A stretch of 64,000 nucleotides of DNA from Blepharisma stoltei ATCC 30299 (GCA_965603825.1 CBFDEM010000025.1:470258-534257); one strand, 5' to 3'. Counted from the stretch's first letter, positions 1 to 13,317 are shown. A program made the numbers and translations. Notes: a model not told the origin generated them from the sequence alone.

Positions 1-879
1 TAATCTTGTCATTGTGCTATTATTTATTATTGCTAATAAATATTTATTTCGCCATTCTAAATTTAGCAAATAGGCTTAAATTTATTACTTAATTTTTTTC
101 TCTTGAGCTATCTGGATCATAAAAATGTAGTTAAAAATTTTTTAAAAGTTTCAGAAGCTTTTGCCCTTAAGTCGATTCTGATTGCTCAAACCCATTAGGA
201 GCATTACTGATTCTGGAAATGCTTACTAGGCTTGGCTTTTCATAATAAAGCGAATATAAATCTAAGCTGCTCGAGCATAAATATGAATTATGCAAAATGG
301 TTTTAGAAGCATCCTTAGCAAGCTTAAATAAAGTGAGTTTTGCATTCTTAGGAATTATAGTCCATTCTAATACTCTTATTAATCTGAAAGTCTAAGCTTG
401 ATAATTTGAATCATACGTGAAGCTTTTTGTTTCAAAAATGAAGAGATCCAAAAGATACTTGCTAAATCTGTAATCAATAATCTTTTGAAAGTTTATCTTT
501 TTAAAAGTTGCATTGCTCATTTCTAATTTTATGATTACATTTTTCTATTACTTATTTTATCATTTTATTTGATAAATAATCCATGATATCTAAATTAAAA
601 TATCCAGTTATTTCATAGATTGATATTTCTCAATATTTTTTAAAAGTCTTGTAAAATCCTGTGATTGCATTTAGGTTTCACGTCAACAAAACATGTTTTA
701 AATCCTAGACCTTTAACAATTGCTAATTGGTAATAATTAATGCTATTTTTTCCGAAATTCTCCAATTATTACTATCTATAGCATAAATTGGTAAGCCCCA
801 ATATCCAGTTTGAGATCTTGTTAAATTTTGTGCTAAACAATTCTCCAAATCCGCTTTCTAAAATTCCTATAGGATCACA

Positions 880-1380
880 ATTTGATCATCCAATTACTAA
901 AAATCTTGATGGCCAAGGATTCTGCTATCACCGATTTATACGAGATCCACACAATGGAGTGGATGAGCTTCTATTTTAGGAAATCACGACTGCTTCCACT
1001 CACGAAGGGACTGAAAAGAGTTAGAGGTTGGATTCGTTTATAGGATAAATCTAGAAGGGCTTATATGTTAATGATATAGCGCTACTTCTACCATCGAAAG
1101 AAGAGTTACAAAAGATGTGCCAAATAGTGAGCACGTGAGCAAGGAAATTTGAGCTAAATATTAACCCAAGCGAGTCAGAAACTCTGCATATTCCTCACCG
1201 AGGGATCAGTAGTCTCCAGAAGCAAACCTTTTTCTACTTTATCCTGCTAAGGCAGAAGCTTCCATTGCTGGAGGGGAGGGAACCCTAGCCAGAGTGCAAA
1301 CACCTAGCACTGTAGATTCCTTTTTAGACTGGTTTACTTTGCAGTAAGCCCTCAAAAGAGGGTAGGCCCGTTACACTCCC
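880..1380 (+). mobile_element. Degenerate non-LTR (LINE-like) retrotransposon fragment, reverse transcriptase core
   Basis: From 1061 the frame reads LYVNDIALLLPSKEELQKMCQIVST(W=TGA)ARKFELNINPSESETLHIP, matching the non-LTR RT pattern LYADDI.L...S.EELQ.M...V..W....GL.IN..K. It is preceded after a frameshift by GFVYRINLEG, and RKSRLLPLTKG near 978-1010 resembles an upstream RT subdomain. Stops and frameshifts are present; element limits are approximate. Confidence 0.75.
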
Positions 1381-1527
1381 CATTTTATCGTTTTATAGGT
1401 AAGATATCGATTAATTTTTCAATTTTTTATTATTTTTTGCCAAACTCTGTTTTACAAGCAACTATTAAATATTTAATAATGGATAATTTAAGTAATTTTT
1501 CACTAAATTTAGAGTGGGTAATAAAAA

Positions 1528-4500
1528 ATGCTAAAGCTTTTGTTGTCTTTGGCTCTTCTTATCTTTCAGCTACTCTATGCTACAGGCCAAGACCATTCAG
1601 ATCAAAACGAAGGCTTCATAAACTTCAACTTTGGCCTTAGTTCATCTGGCAATAGCCCAGATTCCATCCATCACTCGATCCAAGAAGGCATCGTCTCTCA
1701 TAAGGATGGCAAAATTGAAGGAAATGAAGTGAAATCGGGAGAATTTGACTTAGAATCACTTACCCAATTCACTCAGCATCAAATCCAAGGAGAAATCATT
1801 TATCATGGGGATGAGAACAATGGGAAGAGTGAAGCAAAAACTGAAAATTCAGGGCTGAGTAGCTCAACTCAGAACCTTATTAATGATGGCGCTTCTAGTG
1901 AAGAAAAAAGAAAATTAGGAGTAAGTGAAGAAAAATTCGAGGAAACAGGCTTAAGTTTCTCCAACAAATTCAGCTCAAATTCTGAACAAGCTGATACTAA
2001 TTATCAAAATGAAAAAAATGAGTCAAAAAAAATAGAAAGGCGCTTAGAATGCAACGATGGCTATTGACTAGATGGTAGTAATTGCTCATCTTGTACTGAA
2101 CCTTGTGCTACTTGTTCAGGATCAGCCACTACTTGTGATAGCTGTATGGACTCAGATAATATGAATTTATCAGCTGGCAGTTGCACATGCAAAACTGGTT
2201 ACTTTGATACTTGATCTTATACATGTGAAGCTTGCACAGCTCCTTGTGATACTTGTTCAGGATATAGCACTACTTGCTTAACTTGTTTAGACTCAGATAA
2301 CATGAATTTCTCAAGCAATACTTGCACATGCAAAACTGGTTACTTTGATTTTTCATCTTCAACATGTGTGGCAACTTGTACTGCTCCTTGCGATACTTGT
2401 TCAGAATATACCACTACTTGCACAAGTTGTTTAGACTCAGATAACATGGATTTATATTACGTTGCTTGCACATGCAAAACTGGCTACTTTGATACTTCGT
2501 CTAATACATGTAAAGCTTGTACTGCTCCTTGTGCTACTTGTTTAGGATCTGCAACAACTTGTGATAGTTGCATGGACTCAGATAATATGGATTTATCAGC
2601 AGGCAGTTGTACATGCAAAGTTGGGTACTTTGATATTATATCTTCGAAATGTGTGGCAATTTGTACTGCTCCTTGTGATACTTGTTCAGGATATACCACT
2701 ACTTGCTCAAGTTGTTTAGACTCATCAAATATGGATTTATCAGGCGGTATTTGCACATGCAAAACTGGCTACTTTGATATTTCACCTGAAGTATGTAAAG
2801 ATTGCATTGCTCCTTGTGATACTTGCTTAGGCTCAGCCACTACTTGCTTAAGTTGTTTAGATTCAGATAATATGAATTTATCAAGCAATACTTGCACGTG
2901 CAAAACTGGCTACTTTGATACTTCATCTAATACATGTAAAGCTTGCACTGCTCCTTGCGCTACTTGCTCAGGCCTAGCCACTATTTGTGAGAGTTGTGTG
3001 GACTCAGATAATATGGATTTATCAAGCAATACTTGCACATGCAAAACTGGCTACTTTGATACTTCATCTGAAACATGTAAAGCTTGCACAGCTCCTTGTG
3101 ATAGTTGTTCAGTATATACCACTACTTGCTTAAGTTGTTTAGACTCAGATAATATGGATTTATCAGGCGGTGTTTGCATATGCAAAACTGGTTATTTTGA
3201 TTCTGGATCTTCGACATGTAAAGCTTGCACAGCACCTTGTGATACTTGCTCAGGATCAGCTACTAATTGTTTAACTTGTATAGACTCAGCAAATATGAGT
3301 TTATCAGGTACGACTTGTATATGCAAAACTGGGCACTTTGATATGGTATCTTTGATGTGTTGTGCTGAGCCTTGTGCGACTTGCTCAGGATTTGCCACTA
3401 CTTGTTTAAGTTGTATAGACTCATCAAATATGGATTTATCAGGAGGTACTTGTACATGCAAATTTGGCTACTTTGATACTGGATCTTCTGCATGCTGACC
3501 TTGCAATGCTCCTTGTGATACTTGCTCAGGCTCACACACTACTTGTTCAAGTTGTTTAGACTCAGATAATATGAATTTCTCAAGCAATACTTGCACATGC
3601 AAAACTGGGTACTTTGATACTTCATCTAATACATGTAAAGCTTGCACTGCTCCTTGTGATACTTGTTGAGGATCAGCTACTACTTGTGAAAGTTGCATGG
3701 ACTCAGATAATATGGATTTATCAGCTTTCAATTGCAAATGCAAAGCTGGGTACTTTGATACTGGATCTAATACATGTCAAGCTTGCACTGCTCCTTGTGC
3801 TACTTGTTCATGATCAGCTACTGCTTGTGAAAGTTGCATGGACTCAGATAATATGAATTTAGAAAGCAATGCTTGCACATGCAAAACTGGTTACTTTGAT
3901 ACTGGATCATCTGCATGTGAAGCTTGTACAGCTCCTTGTGATACTTGTTCAGGATATAGCACTACTTGCTTAATTTGTTTAGACTCAGATAATATGAATT
4001 TATCAGGTGGGAGTTGTACATGCAAAACTGGCTACTTTGATTATGGATCTTTTACATGTAAAGATTGCACTGCACCTTGTACTACTTGCTCAGGATCAGA
4101 CACTGCTTGTTTAAGTTGCATGGACTCATCAAATATGGATTTATCAGGTGCAACTTGCACATGCAAAACTGGCTACTTTGATTCTGGCTCTTCGACATGT
4201 AAAGCTTGCACAGCACCTTGTGCTACATGCTCTGGAAGCAGTATTCATTGCCTAACATGCAATTCAGCTTACTATTTAAATGGATCGATCTGCGTTCCTT
4301 GTGGTCAAAATTGCTTATCCTGCAATAATTCCCAGTGCGTAAATTGCAAAAATACTTTCATCAGAAGCACTACAAATCCAGCAAATTGTGAATGCTCCAA
4401 AGGCTTTTATATAAATAATCAAGTTTGTACTGGTAATAACTAATTAGCATGCCCAGATGGCTGCACAGAATGCACTTCATCAATAAATTGCACAGCATGC

Positions 4501-4860
4501 AAAAGCGAGTTTTATTTGCATGATTATGGAGATATTGTAAACTGCACATGTAATAATAATTTAGCTTGCGATCAGTCAACTTATTTATGTGGAAATCGTA
4601 CAGAGCTAGCTTGCAGCAATTCTTCAGTTGGGTTTGAGCTTGATTTCTATGAAGGAAAAATAATGATTAATTTCGCAGCAAATTTAGGAAGGACACTACA
4701 GAAGAATAATTTTATTATCAAGTATGGGGATAATAAGATATATGATACCTCTTCTAGTACCTTAGAGTCAATAGACAATTTGCACTATTATATTCATACA
4801 ACTTTAAGTGACTGTGACCTACCAATAAATGTTGATCTGCGTTTTAATCTTGTAGCCTAA
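1528..4860 (+). CDS. Predicted secreted Cys-rich furin-like-repeat protein, about 1,105 aa (one 15-nt intron, five UGA-Trp codons)
   Basis: ORFs 1528, 2302, 3838 and 4516 share one frame. They are joined by TGA at 2065, 2212, 3496, 3667 and 3811, and by intron 4433-4447, which removes the in-frame TAA. The protein has a signal peptide MLKLLLSLALLIFQLLYATG, an acidic pro-region ending ERRL, about 15 copies of a 47-aa Cys repeat, and no TM segment. Confidence 0.88.
2090..4230 (+). repeat. Coding tandem repeat, about 141 bp (47 aa) x about 15
   Basis: Unit consensus is approximately CTAPCDTCSGSATTCLSCLDSDNMDLSGGTCTCKTGYFDTGSSTCKA, visible in both DNA and translation. Confidence 0.92.
4433..4447 (+). 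other. 15-nt spliceosomal intron GTAATAACTAATTAG
   Basis: GT..AG, 15 nt, contains an in-frame TAA. Removal gives ...VCT|ACPDGCTEC and keeps the frame. Confidence 0.9.
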
Positions 4861-7319
4861 AACATCAATAAAATAAGTAGGTCCTGATATGATAAATAAT
4901 ATATTTTGAAATATTTGAGGTTAAGAATGATTATATCTATATAAAGCTTTGCAAAATTTCTGGATTTAGATTAAAAATTATGAAGTCCAGATTATTGCAT
5001 AATTCTTCTTACAAGTCTTTCATCTAAATTAATTGTATAGCAATCATGTCACGCTTCTTCTAAAGATTCATAGCCCTATTTGCATCGTCTAAATTTCGAT
5101 TCTTCGCTGCTTACTCTTTAGAAATTATTTGAAATTTAATAAGAGATAATCCTTTGCCTAATAAGACCTTCGCAAAGTTAATCATGGCTTTGAGCTAGAT
5201 TTTATAGTAACTTTTGTTTTTTCAAATACCTTCAGCATTTATAACATTAAGAAAAATCGATTCTTCTATAAATTTTATAAAATTATAGGAGGTTCTTTGA
5301 TAATTTGAAAAACTATTTTTATAATATTTATTTGGCTAAGCTCATTTAAATCCTGATGTATAATAATATTATAGCACTCATCTTAAATAATACTTTTCTT
5401 AAGACTTTTACAAAACTAAATAAAAATTAAGAATTCAAAGATAATCTGCTTTAGTTTTTATTAATGCAATTAAACTTATATCTGATTAGGATCGCAGAGT
5501 ACATGTATACTCTTACATAAAATTTCATATTTATTCGAATTCAGTTATGGTCTTAAAGCAAAAATTTGAGTACTAAATGGTGTTTAAGAGTATTCTGAGT
5601 CCAACGATTCATATGAACTTTTTGAGCAATTTTGAAAGAGCATTTTATAGATAAACAAGGAGATCCAATATATGTATGGTTCAAAAACTAGAAAACCCTC
5701 GTCGGCGGTTAAGGAGGTATTAGAGCTTGCGCCGCATAATAGCCTGCGAGCTAGCCCTTACGATTTCGAATCGAATGGCCTTATAAAAACAAAATCAATA
5801 AAAGCAGGGAAAAGATGCAGATGGAGTGCTTATGATTTGACCTCAAAAATGGCTACCCATGCATCCAAGTCCAAAGTCTTGTGCTCCAAACAGCATGGAT
5901 AATCCTGGCCGCATTGCTGGCGAAGCACTTACAAAAAATTTAGACAGAATTTCATTGAGTCACAAGAAGTAAAGCCTTTAGATAACAGTATAGCTGTTGA
6001 AGCTTCACAAAGAGCTGTTTTATAGCTTACCTATAACTAAAATGGCGTTAAAGGTGTATGCAAAAGCCAATGGTGCGAAATAGACTCATTTGAAACTAGA
6101 GAAGAAAAATAGCTGACAGAGTGGCTAGGATTTTCTTAATGAAAGGAAAGCCTACGCTCCAAAAAGGCACTTAAAGTAATTTTTTACAACCTAAGGGCTG
6201 CAAGATCATCAAAAACTCAAAATTTGGCTGATATAGTCTCTCACTAGTTTCTACAAGTCAGCTGCTAAGGGACCAAATTAATGTCAACTGAAGATATAGT
6301 CCCTGACTTTATTATAACCAAATTAGTATGAAATAGACTTCAATAAATAAATTACAAAATAAGCGAATGGACTTTAGAAGGATTATCAAAATCAATTGAA
6401 CAAATAAGATTATTAAAAGAATTCAAAATCCAGCCAACTCATGTCTTTTTCTTTATAAGTTAGATGGATTATGATATGAAGGAAAAAAACAAAGATTTAG
6501 GCTCAGTCGCTTGAAATTTTAATGTCGCTTTAATTCCAGAAGATCAAGACTTAAGAGAGAAAAGACTCAAAATTATAAAGAGCATTCCATAAAGCTGCAT
6601 GCAGGATTCACCAACTTTGGGATGAGCATTAAAGTAGATTAAAGAAAATTTCATATTTGTTCCTATAATCTCCATTTAATTTCATTTGAAAACTCATTTT
6701 CGATAGAAAGAATCTCCAAATTTCCTTAATTTATTTCTAATAATGCTAATATTAAAAGATAAATTTTAAGTTCTCTTAATCTTTTAATTTTTTGCTTACA
6801 TTTTATTCTTTCAATCACAGCTTATATTGACAATAACGACGGCAATCAGAAAATCTTAATCAACTATATTCTTAATCATGTATTTTATTATAAAAATTGA
6901 TTTTATATCCTAGAAATACGAAAGATCTAATAGCTGAAGTTTAATTAAGTTGAGATATATTTAGTTTTAGTTTTAATTTTATTAATGACTTACTTATTTA
7001 ACTAATAAAGAAGTATAATAAAAAATACAAAATCTCAATGTGATCTTGTTCAGATATGAAAAATTGTTCCATGTGTGGAACCCAAAATCCACATGTGAAG
7101 CCCCAATATTTGAATGCTTTGCATTAGAATTTGGATTCGAAATAGGAATAATTTTTCATGTCTCATCCTAATCACAAATAATCCAACGGATTATAAATTT
7201 GTTTGAATATGGAATTTAATAATTTTTAATTGATTCGGTAAAATCTCTATTAATTTATTTCAACAGAAACATACTTGCGAGATTTGAACTATTCTATATC
7301 CACTTTAAATCAAAGCAGC

Positions 7320-8177
7320 CTAATAGAATAATTATTTTAATGATTTATATTAATGCTATTAATAACTTATAAGGATGAGATCATTATTTTCTAATAAATC
7401 ATAGCAAGATTTATATTTCAATTCTTGCTATTCTTATCTCATATGATTATTCGTTGGATTTTTATCAATATTTTCAATTTCCTTATTTTATTTGGTTTTT
7501 ACGTGTGTTTTATTTGCATTTCCTTCTTAGCTTTTTCATTAGCTTGAATTTTTTTGAGTGCTATTTCTTGTAATCCTTGGATCTTTCTTTAATATTCCGC
7601 AACTCCTTTCCTTAATGGATTGCACTTAACAATATTACATCAATTTCTGCACCTCAAACTTTTTATAGCCGTATAATTTACTGTTAATCGCTTTAAGATC
7701 CATTTCGAATGTATCTTCTTGCCCATATACTAAAAGTTTTTTTGAAGATCTTCAATTTTTCCATAAAATAAACTTTTTTGATTGCTTAATGCTATTCTCA
7801 TTTAATAATAATTTTGCTCTGCAGGATGAAAATAGTAAACTAGCTCAGATAAAGTATCAAAATTCTTCCAACTATATTTTCTAAATAAAATGATCAGAGG
7901 GCTATTCGATCTCACTCATTTTAAACTTATCGATTGTTCCAGATAAGTTAATGTATAGTGATTTTATTTGAAGGCCCAAGAGATTTTTCACTCTTCATGA
8001 TTTTTCTGAGTATTATTTCTGTGAGTTCTGGTCTTCCAATATGTTTAAATTGGTGATTCATCGAATTATAGATATAAAAACAATAAAGAAAATTTTCCTT
8101 GCTTTCAAAAATTGTCTATTCAGCTTGAATTTTCAAATATATCTAATGATAAGCTGTTGAAAATTTCTCTTATTCAT
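7320..8177 (-). pseudogene. Degenerate older paralog of the 8737-9705 gene
   Basis: Minus-strand fragments FKHIGRPELTEIILRKI, LYINLSGTID, WKNFDT and RAKLLLNENSI match the intact gene, but with frameshifts and stops. The 3' limit is approximate. Confidence 0.8.
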
Positions 8178-8736
8178 TATTTAAATTACTTAATAAACTA
8201 ATTTATTTGGGATTATTAAAGATTATGTTTCTAAGCATAATTTAAATAAGAACGACCGATTTTATATATTATAATGCGAAAAGTGTAAGAATTAATGTTT
8301 TATATGCTATAGAGATTCTTCATTGATCTAAACAACTTGATTTTCAAATCAACTATTTTCGAAGAATAGAAAAAGTTTAATAGAGATAATTCGTCCAAAT
8401 CACGAGAAATATTTTTGGATGCAATCTCTTTATAATTCAAATAGAAAATTCGATATTAAAAGATTAATAGTTTTAATTTGATTAATCCATAGACTTTTTT
8501 GCTGTAAAAGCAAATGGCTGATAAAATCTAAATTCATTATAATTAAATTCTTTAAGGTAAAAATTAAAATTTAGCGAAATATAATCATCTCTTTGCTTAT
8601 TTTCTTATTTCATGAAATTCTTTGACACTATTTTGATGCAGTGTTGCCTTCTTTAAAAATTAATATTATAAAATTCTGATTTGCTAAAATAAAACATAAA
8701 ACATTTAATAAGAGTGAAATAATCATTTTATTATAC

Positions 8737-9705
8737 CTAATATTTTGTAAAAAATTGATCAGGATTCAGGTCATTATAATCTATCAAACCATCACAGAAT
8801 TTTTCTATCTTTGCAATATCAGGATCTTTATAAGTAGGATCTATATTATTTATAGCATTGCTAGGATTTTTATCAGTAGGATCTATATTATTTATAAGAT
8901 TTTCAGGATATTTTTCAGTATTTATAAGATTTCCATCTTTTTCAATCTTCATTTTTTTTTTACTTATATTTTGAATTCTCTTCATTGATTTTAATTTTTT
9001 GGGGCGATTAGTATTTTGATTTTTAAGTTCTCTTCTTTTTCTCTTTTCAACAGTATTTAATGCGACTATTTGCTCTCCTTTATCTGCATAAGGAACCGCA
9101 GTCAATAAAATAGCGTCAACATAATAGTTATAATTTAGCATGCAATAATCACTATTTTTATCTTTGACAACTTTCAGCATATTCAATTTTTCATTAATCA
9201 TTTTCAAATTTACTTTAATCTCACCCTCATATTTCGTCATCCATGATTGAAAATTTTCTTCAAAATGTTTTATCTTTACATTGAGATACATGCGATAAAG
9301 CCCAATGCTATCTTCGTTTAAAACCTGTTTTGCCTTATATGCTGTATATAAAAGAAACCTCTCTGCATATGTATCAAAGTTTTTTCATACTAAGTTTTCT
9401 AAATAAATTGCCCATAGTGCAATCTCTAGCTCATTTAGCATAAGTTCATCAATAATTCCTGATAAGTTTATATATAAAGGTCTTGCTTGGAAATCCTTTG
9501 GGATGCGATCATATTTTGTGATACGCCTAAGCATTCTCTCTGTTAATTCTGGCCTTCCTATCATCTTGAATTCCCTGTTTAAACGATAATAAGCATTTAA
9601 GGAGCTTATTATGTCCATTTCTCCTTGTAGCCTTTCAATCTCATTCGGTTGTTCACTTTTTGCTGCCAAAATGCTGCTGTTGCTTAAAAAACTCTTTAAG
9701 CTCAT
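8737..9705 (-). CDS. Hypothetical protein, 322 aa, with a basic NLS-like stretch and 14-aa C-terminal repeats
   Basis: ORFs 9385-9705 and 8737-9291 are in one frame, joined by TGA (9385-9387) and an open linker WKNFDTYAERFLLYTAYKAKQVLNEDSIGLYR. It starts ATG after an A/T-rich leader and ends TAG. Confidence 0.85.
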
Positions 9706-12429
9706 TTTATTATTTTGAAACTCTTACTTTTATGATCTGATAGATAATTTTTTAAAATGGAGAAAATGGACTCTATCGGTATTTAAAGGTATTTGATATT
9801 TATCTAAGAATAAAAAAGATTGATATAAAATAGATATAGAGATAATAATTATCTGCTGATTAATATTAGAATAATGAATAAAGAACTGTGAATTCTTTAA
9901 GTAATAGTTGATATAAGATCTACAGGTCTAATATTTGAAATTTTTACGTTGTGATCATTTATGAGCTTTAGTGAGAGTATCTTTTCTTTTATTCATGATA
10001 TTATTGACTCTTTCCCATATAAATAGACCATTTTTTACAATTTTCCAATAAATTATTTATATGAAAAAAAGGGTTAAGTATGCTCTTGCTTAGTATTCTC
10101 AAGTATGTTTAATTCATGAAATTTTGGACTTAAACATCAATCCGTAATGAAATATTAATGAGCAACTATAATGAATGAATAATAAACTCAGTTTGAAAAT
10201 AATAATTTATTATTATTTTTTTATTTTTCATTATAAATATAATTTATGAGCTTCTGTTGAGATAAGTAACTGTGATCTGCCAATAAATGTTGATCTCGTT
10301 TTAATCCTTTAGCCTAAAACATCAATTAAATAAACAGGCTCTGATATGGTAAATAATATATTTTGAAATATTTGAGGTTAAGAATGATTATATCTATATA
10401 AAGCTTTGCAAAATCTCTGGATTTAGATTAAAAATTGTGAAGTCCAGATTATTGCACAAGTCTTTCATCTAAATTAATTGTATAGCAATTATGCCCGCTT
10501 CTTCTAAAGATTTATAGCCCTATTTGCATCGTCTAAATTTCGATTCTTCGTTTCTTACTCTTTAGAAATTATTTGAAATTTAATACAAGATAATCCTTTG
10601 CCTAATAAGACCTTCACAAAGTTAATAATGACGCTAAGCTAGATTTTATAGTAGCAGCATTTATAACATTAAGAAAAATTGATTCTTCTATAAATTTTAT
10701 AAAATTATAGAAGGTTCTTTGATAATTTCGAAAAGTTATTTTTATAATCGTTAGCCAAACTAATTTAAATCCTGATGCATAATAATATTATAGCAAAACT
10801 AAATAAAAATTAAGAATTCAAAAATATGTATACTCTTGCATAAAATTTCATATTTATTCGATTTTAATTATGGTCTTAAAGCAAAAATTTGAGTACTAAA
10901 TGGTGTTTAAGAGTATTCTGTAAAAAGCTCTTTCAAAATTGCTCAAAAAGTTCATATATTTTCTGATTCAAAAACTAGAAAACTCTCGTCGGCGGTTAAG
11001 GAGGTATTCGAGCTCTCGCCGCATAATAGCCTGCGAGCTAGCCTTACGATTTCGAGTCGAATAAACTTATTAAAACAAAATCAATAAAGCAAGGTAAACA
11101 TGCAGAAGGAGTCCTTATGACTTTACCTCAGGGCACTTATTTTACTGGGGAAACAGTTCTTGATATTATAGTGCCAGATCAAGGCAAAGCTAAATCTTAA
11201 ATGGTTGCCCATACATCCAATCCAAAGTCTTGCGCTCCAAGAGGCATGGATAATCCCAGGCTACATTGCTAGCTAAACATTTATTAAAATTTAGACAGAA
11301 TTTCATCGAGTCACAAGAAGTAAAGCCTTTAGATAACAGTATAGCTGTTGAAGCTTCACAAAGAGCTGTGATAGAGCTTACCTATAACTAAAATGGTGTT
11401 ATAGATGTTACAAAAATCAATGAAACGAAATAGACTCATTTGGGATTAGAGAAGAAAAATAGCTGACAGAGTAGCTAGGATTTTCTTAATGAAAGGAAAG
11501 CCCAATGCTCCAAAAAGGCACTTAAAGTAATTTTTTACAACGTAAGGGCTGCAAGATCATCAAAAACTCAAAATTTGGCTGATATAGTCTCTCATTAGTT
11601 TCTACAAGCCAGCAGCTAAGAGACAAATTTAATATCGGCTGGCGATATAGTCCCTGACTTTATTATTAGAAAACGAGTATGAAATAGACTTCAAGAAAAA
11701 AATTCCAAAAAAAGCGAACGGATTCTAGACGGATTATCAAAATCAATCGAACAAATAAGATTATTAAAAGAATTCAAAATCCAGCTAACTCATGCGTTTT
11801 TCTCTGTAAGCTTAGATGCATTAGTATATTAAGGAATTGTACAAAGAGCTAGATAGACTCAGCCACTGGGAAATTTTAATGTCGCTTTAATTCCAGAAGA
11901 TCAAGACTTAAGAGACCGGTTAATGACCCTTAAGAAGATTCAAATGAAGCTGGTAAAAAAGTCTCAAAATTATAAAGAACACTCCACAAAGTTGCATACA
12001 GAATTCACTAACTTTGGGATGATCATTAAAGCAGAATTAAACAAAAATTTCATATTTATCCATAGAATCTCCATTTAATTTCATTAGAAAATTTCATTAA
12101 AAAATTTCATTTTCGATAAAAAGATCCTCCAAATTTCCTTCATTTGTTTTCTAATGGTGCTAATATTAAAAAGTAAGTTTTAAATTCTTTTAATCTTTAA
12201 ATTTTTTGCTTATATTTTATTCTTTCAATTACCACTTATATTGAAAATAACGACGGCATCAGAAAATCTGACTCAACTATATAAAATTGATTTTAAATTT
12301 GTATAGATTTTTTGGATATGGAATTAATAATCTTTAATTGATTCCGGCAAAATCCCTATTAATTTATTTCAACAGAAATTAAATAGCAAGATTTGAACTA
12401 TTCTATATCCACTTTAAATCAAAACAGCC

Positions 12430-13317
12430 TATATAAAATAATTATTTTTTATTGATTTATATTAATGCTATTAAAACTCATAAGGATGAGATCATTATTT
12501 TCTAATAGACCATGGCAGAATTTACATTTCCAATACTTGCTATTCTTCTCTGATATAAATATTCGCTACATTTTTATCAATATTTTCAATTTCCTTATTT
12601 TACTTGGCTTTGGCGAATATTTTATTTGCATTTCCATCTTAGCTTTTTTCATTAGCTTAAATTTTTTGTGTGTATTTTCTTATAATCGCTGTATCCTTCT
12701 TTATCTTCCGGAGTCCTTTCCTTAATGGATTATGCTTAACAATATTACACCAACATAATAATGTAACTCAGAGTCCTATAATCAATTTCTGCACCTCAAA
12801 CTATTTTAAGTGATACAATTTACTGTTAATCGTTTTAAGATCGATTTCGAATGCATTTTCATGTCCATATATGAAAATTTTTTTGAAAATCTTCAATTTT
12901 TCTATTAAATAAAATTTTTGATTGCTTAATGCTATTCCCATTTAATAATAATTTTGCTCTCTAGGATGAAAATAGCAAACTAGCTCAGATAAAGTATCAA
13001 AATTCTTCCAACTATATTTTTTAAATAAAATGCTCAGAGCGCTATTTGGATCTCACTCATCTTAAAATCGTCAATTGTTCCAGATAAATTAATGTATAGT
13101 GATTTTATTTGAAAGACCCAAGAGAGCTTTCACTCTTCATAATTTTTCTGAGCATTATTTCTGTGAGTTCTGGTCTTCCAATAAGTTTAAATTGGTGATC
13201 CATCGAAAATAGATATAAAGCAAGAAAGAAATTTTTCTCGCATTCAAAAATTGCTTATCCAACTTGAATTTTCAATATATCTGAATGATAAGCTGCTAAA
13301 AATTTCTCTTAATTCAT
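12430..13317 (-). pseudogene. Degenerate older paralog (duplicate of 7320-8177)
   Basis: Fragments FKLIGRPELTEIMLRKI, LYINLSGTIDD and IAL(W=TGA)AFYLKNI are interrupted by TAA/TAG and frameshifts. Confidence 0.8.

Larger units (their letters stand above)
4805..10170. repeat. Tandem segmental duplication, copy 1 (about 5.4 kb)
   Basis: Colinear high similarity with 10262-15304. Both copies begin ...CTGTGA(C/T)CT(A/G)CCAATAAATGTTGATCT and end ...GAAATATTAATGAGC. Confidence 0.93.

Noticed and set aside
2090-4230. Regularly spaced repeats as a CRISPR array or non-coding satellite
   Set aside because: The units are in-frame, codon-degenerate coding repeats with no unique spacers, in a eukaryotic context.
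5672-5902. 76-aa ORF as a real gene
   Set aside because: It is not preserved in the duplicate copy (indels, start region rearranged) and has no recognisable motif.
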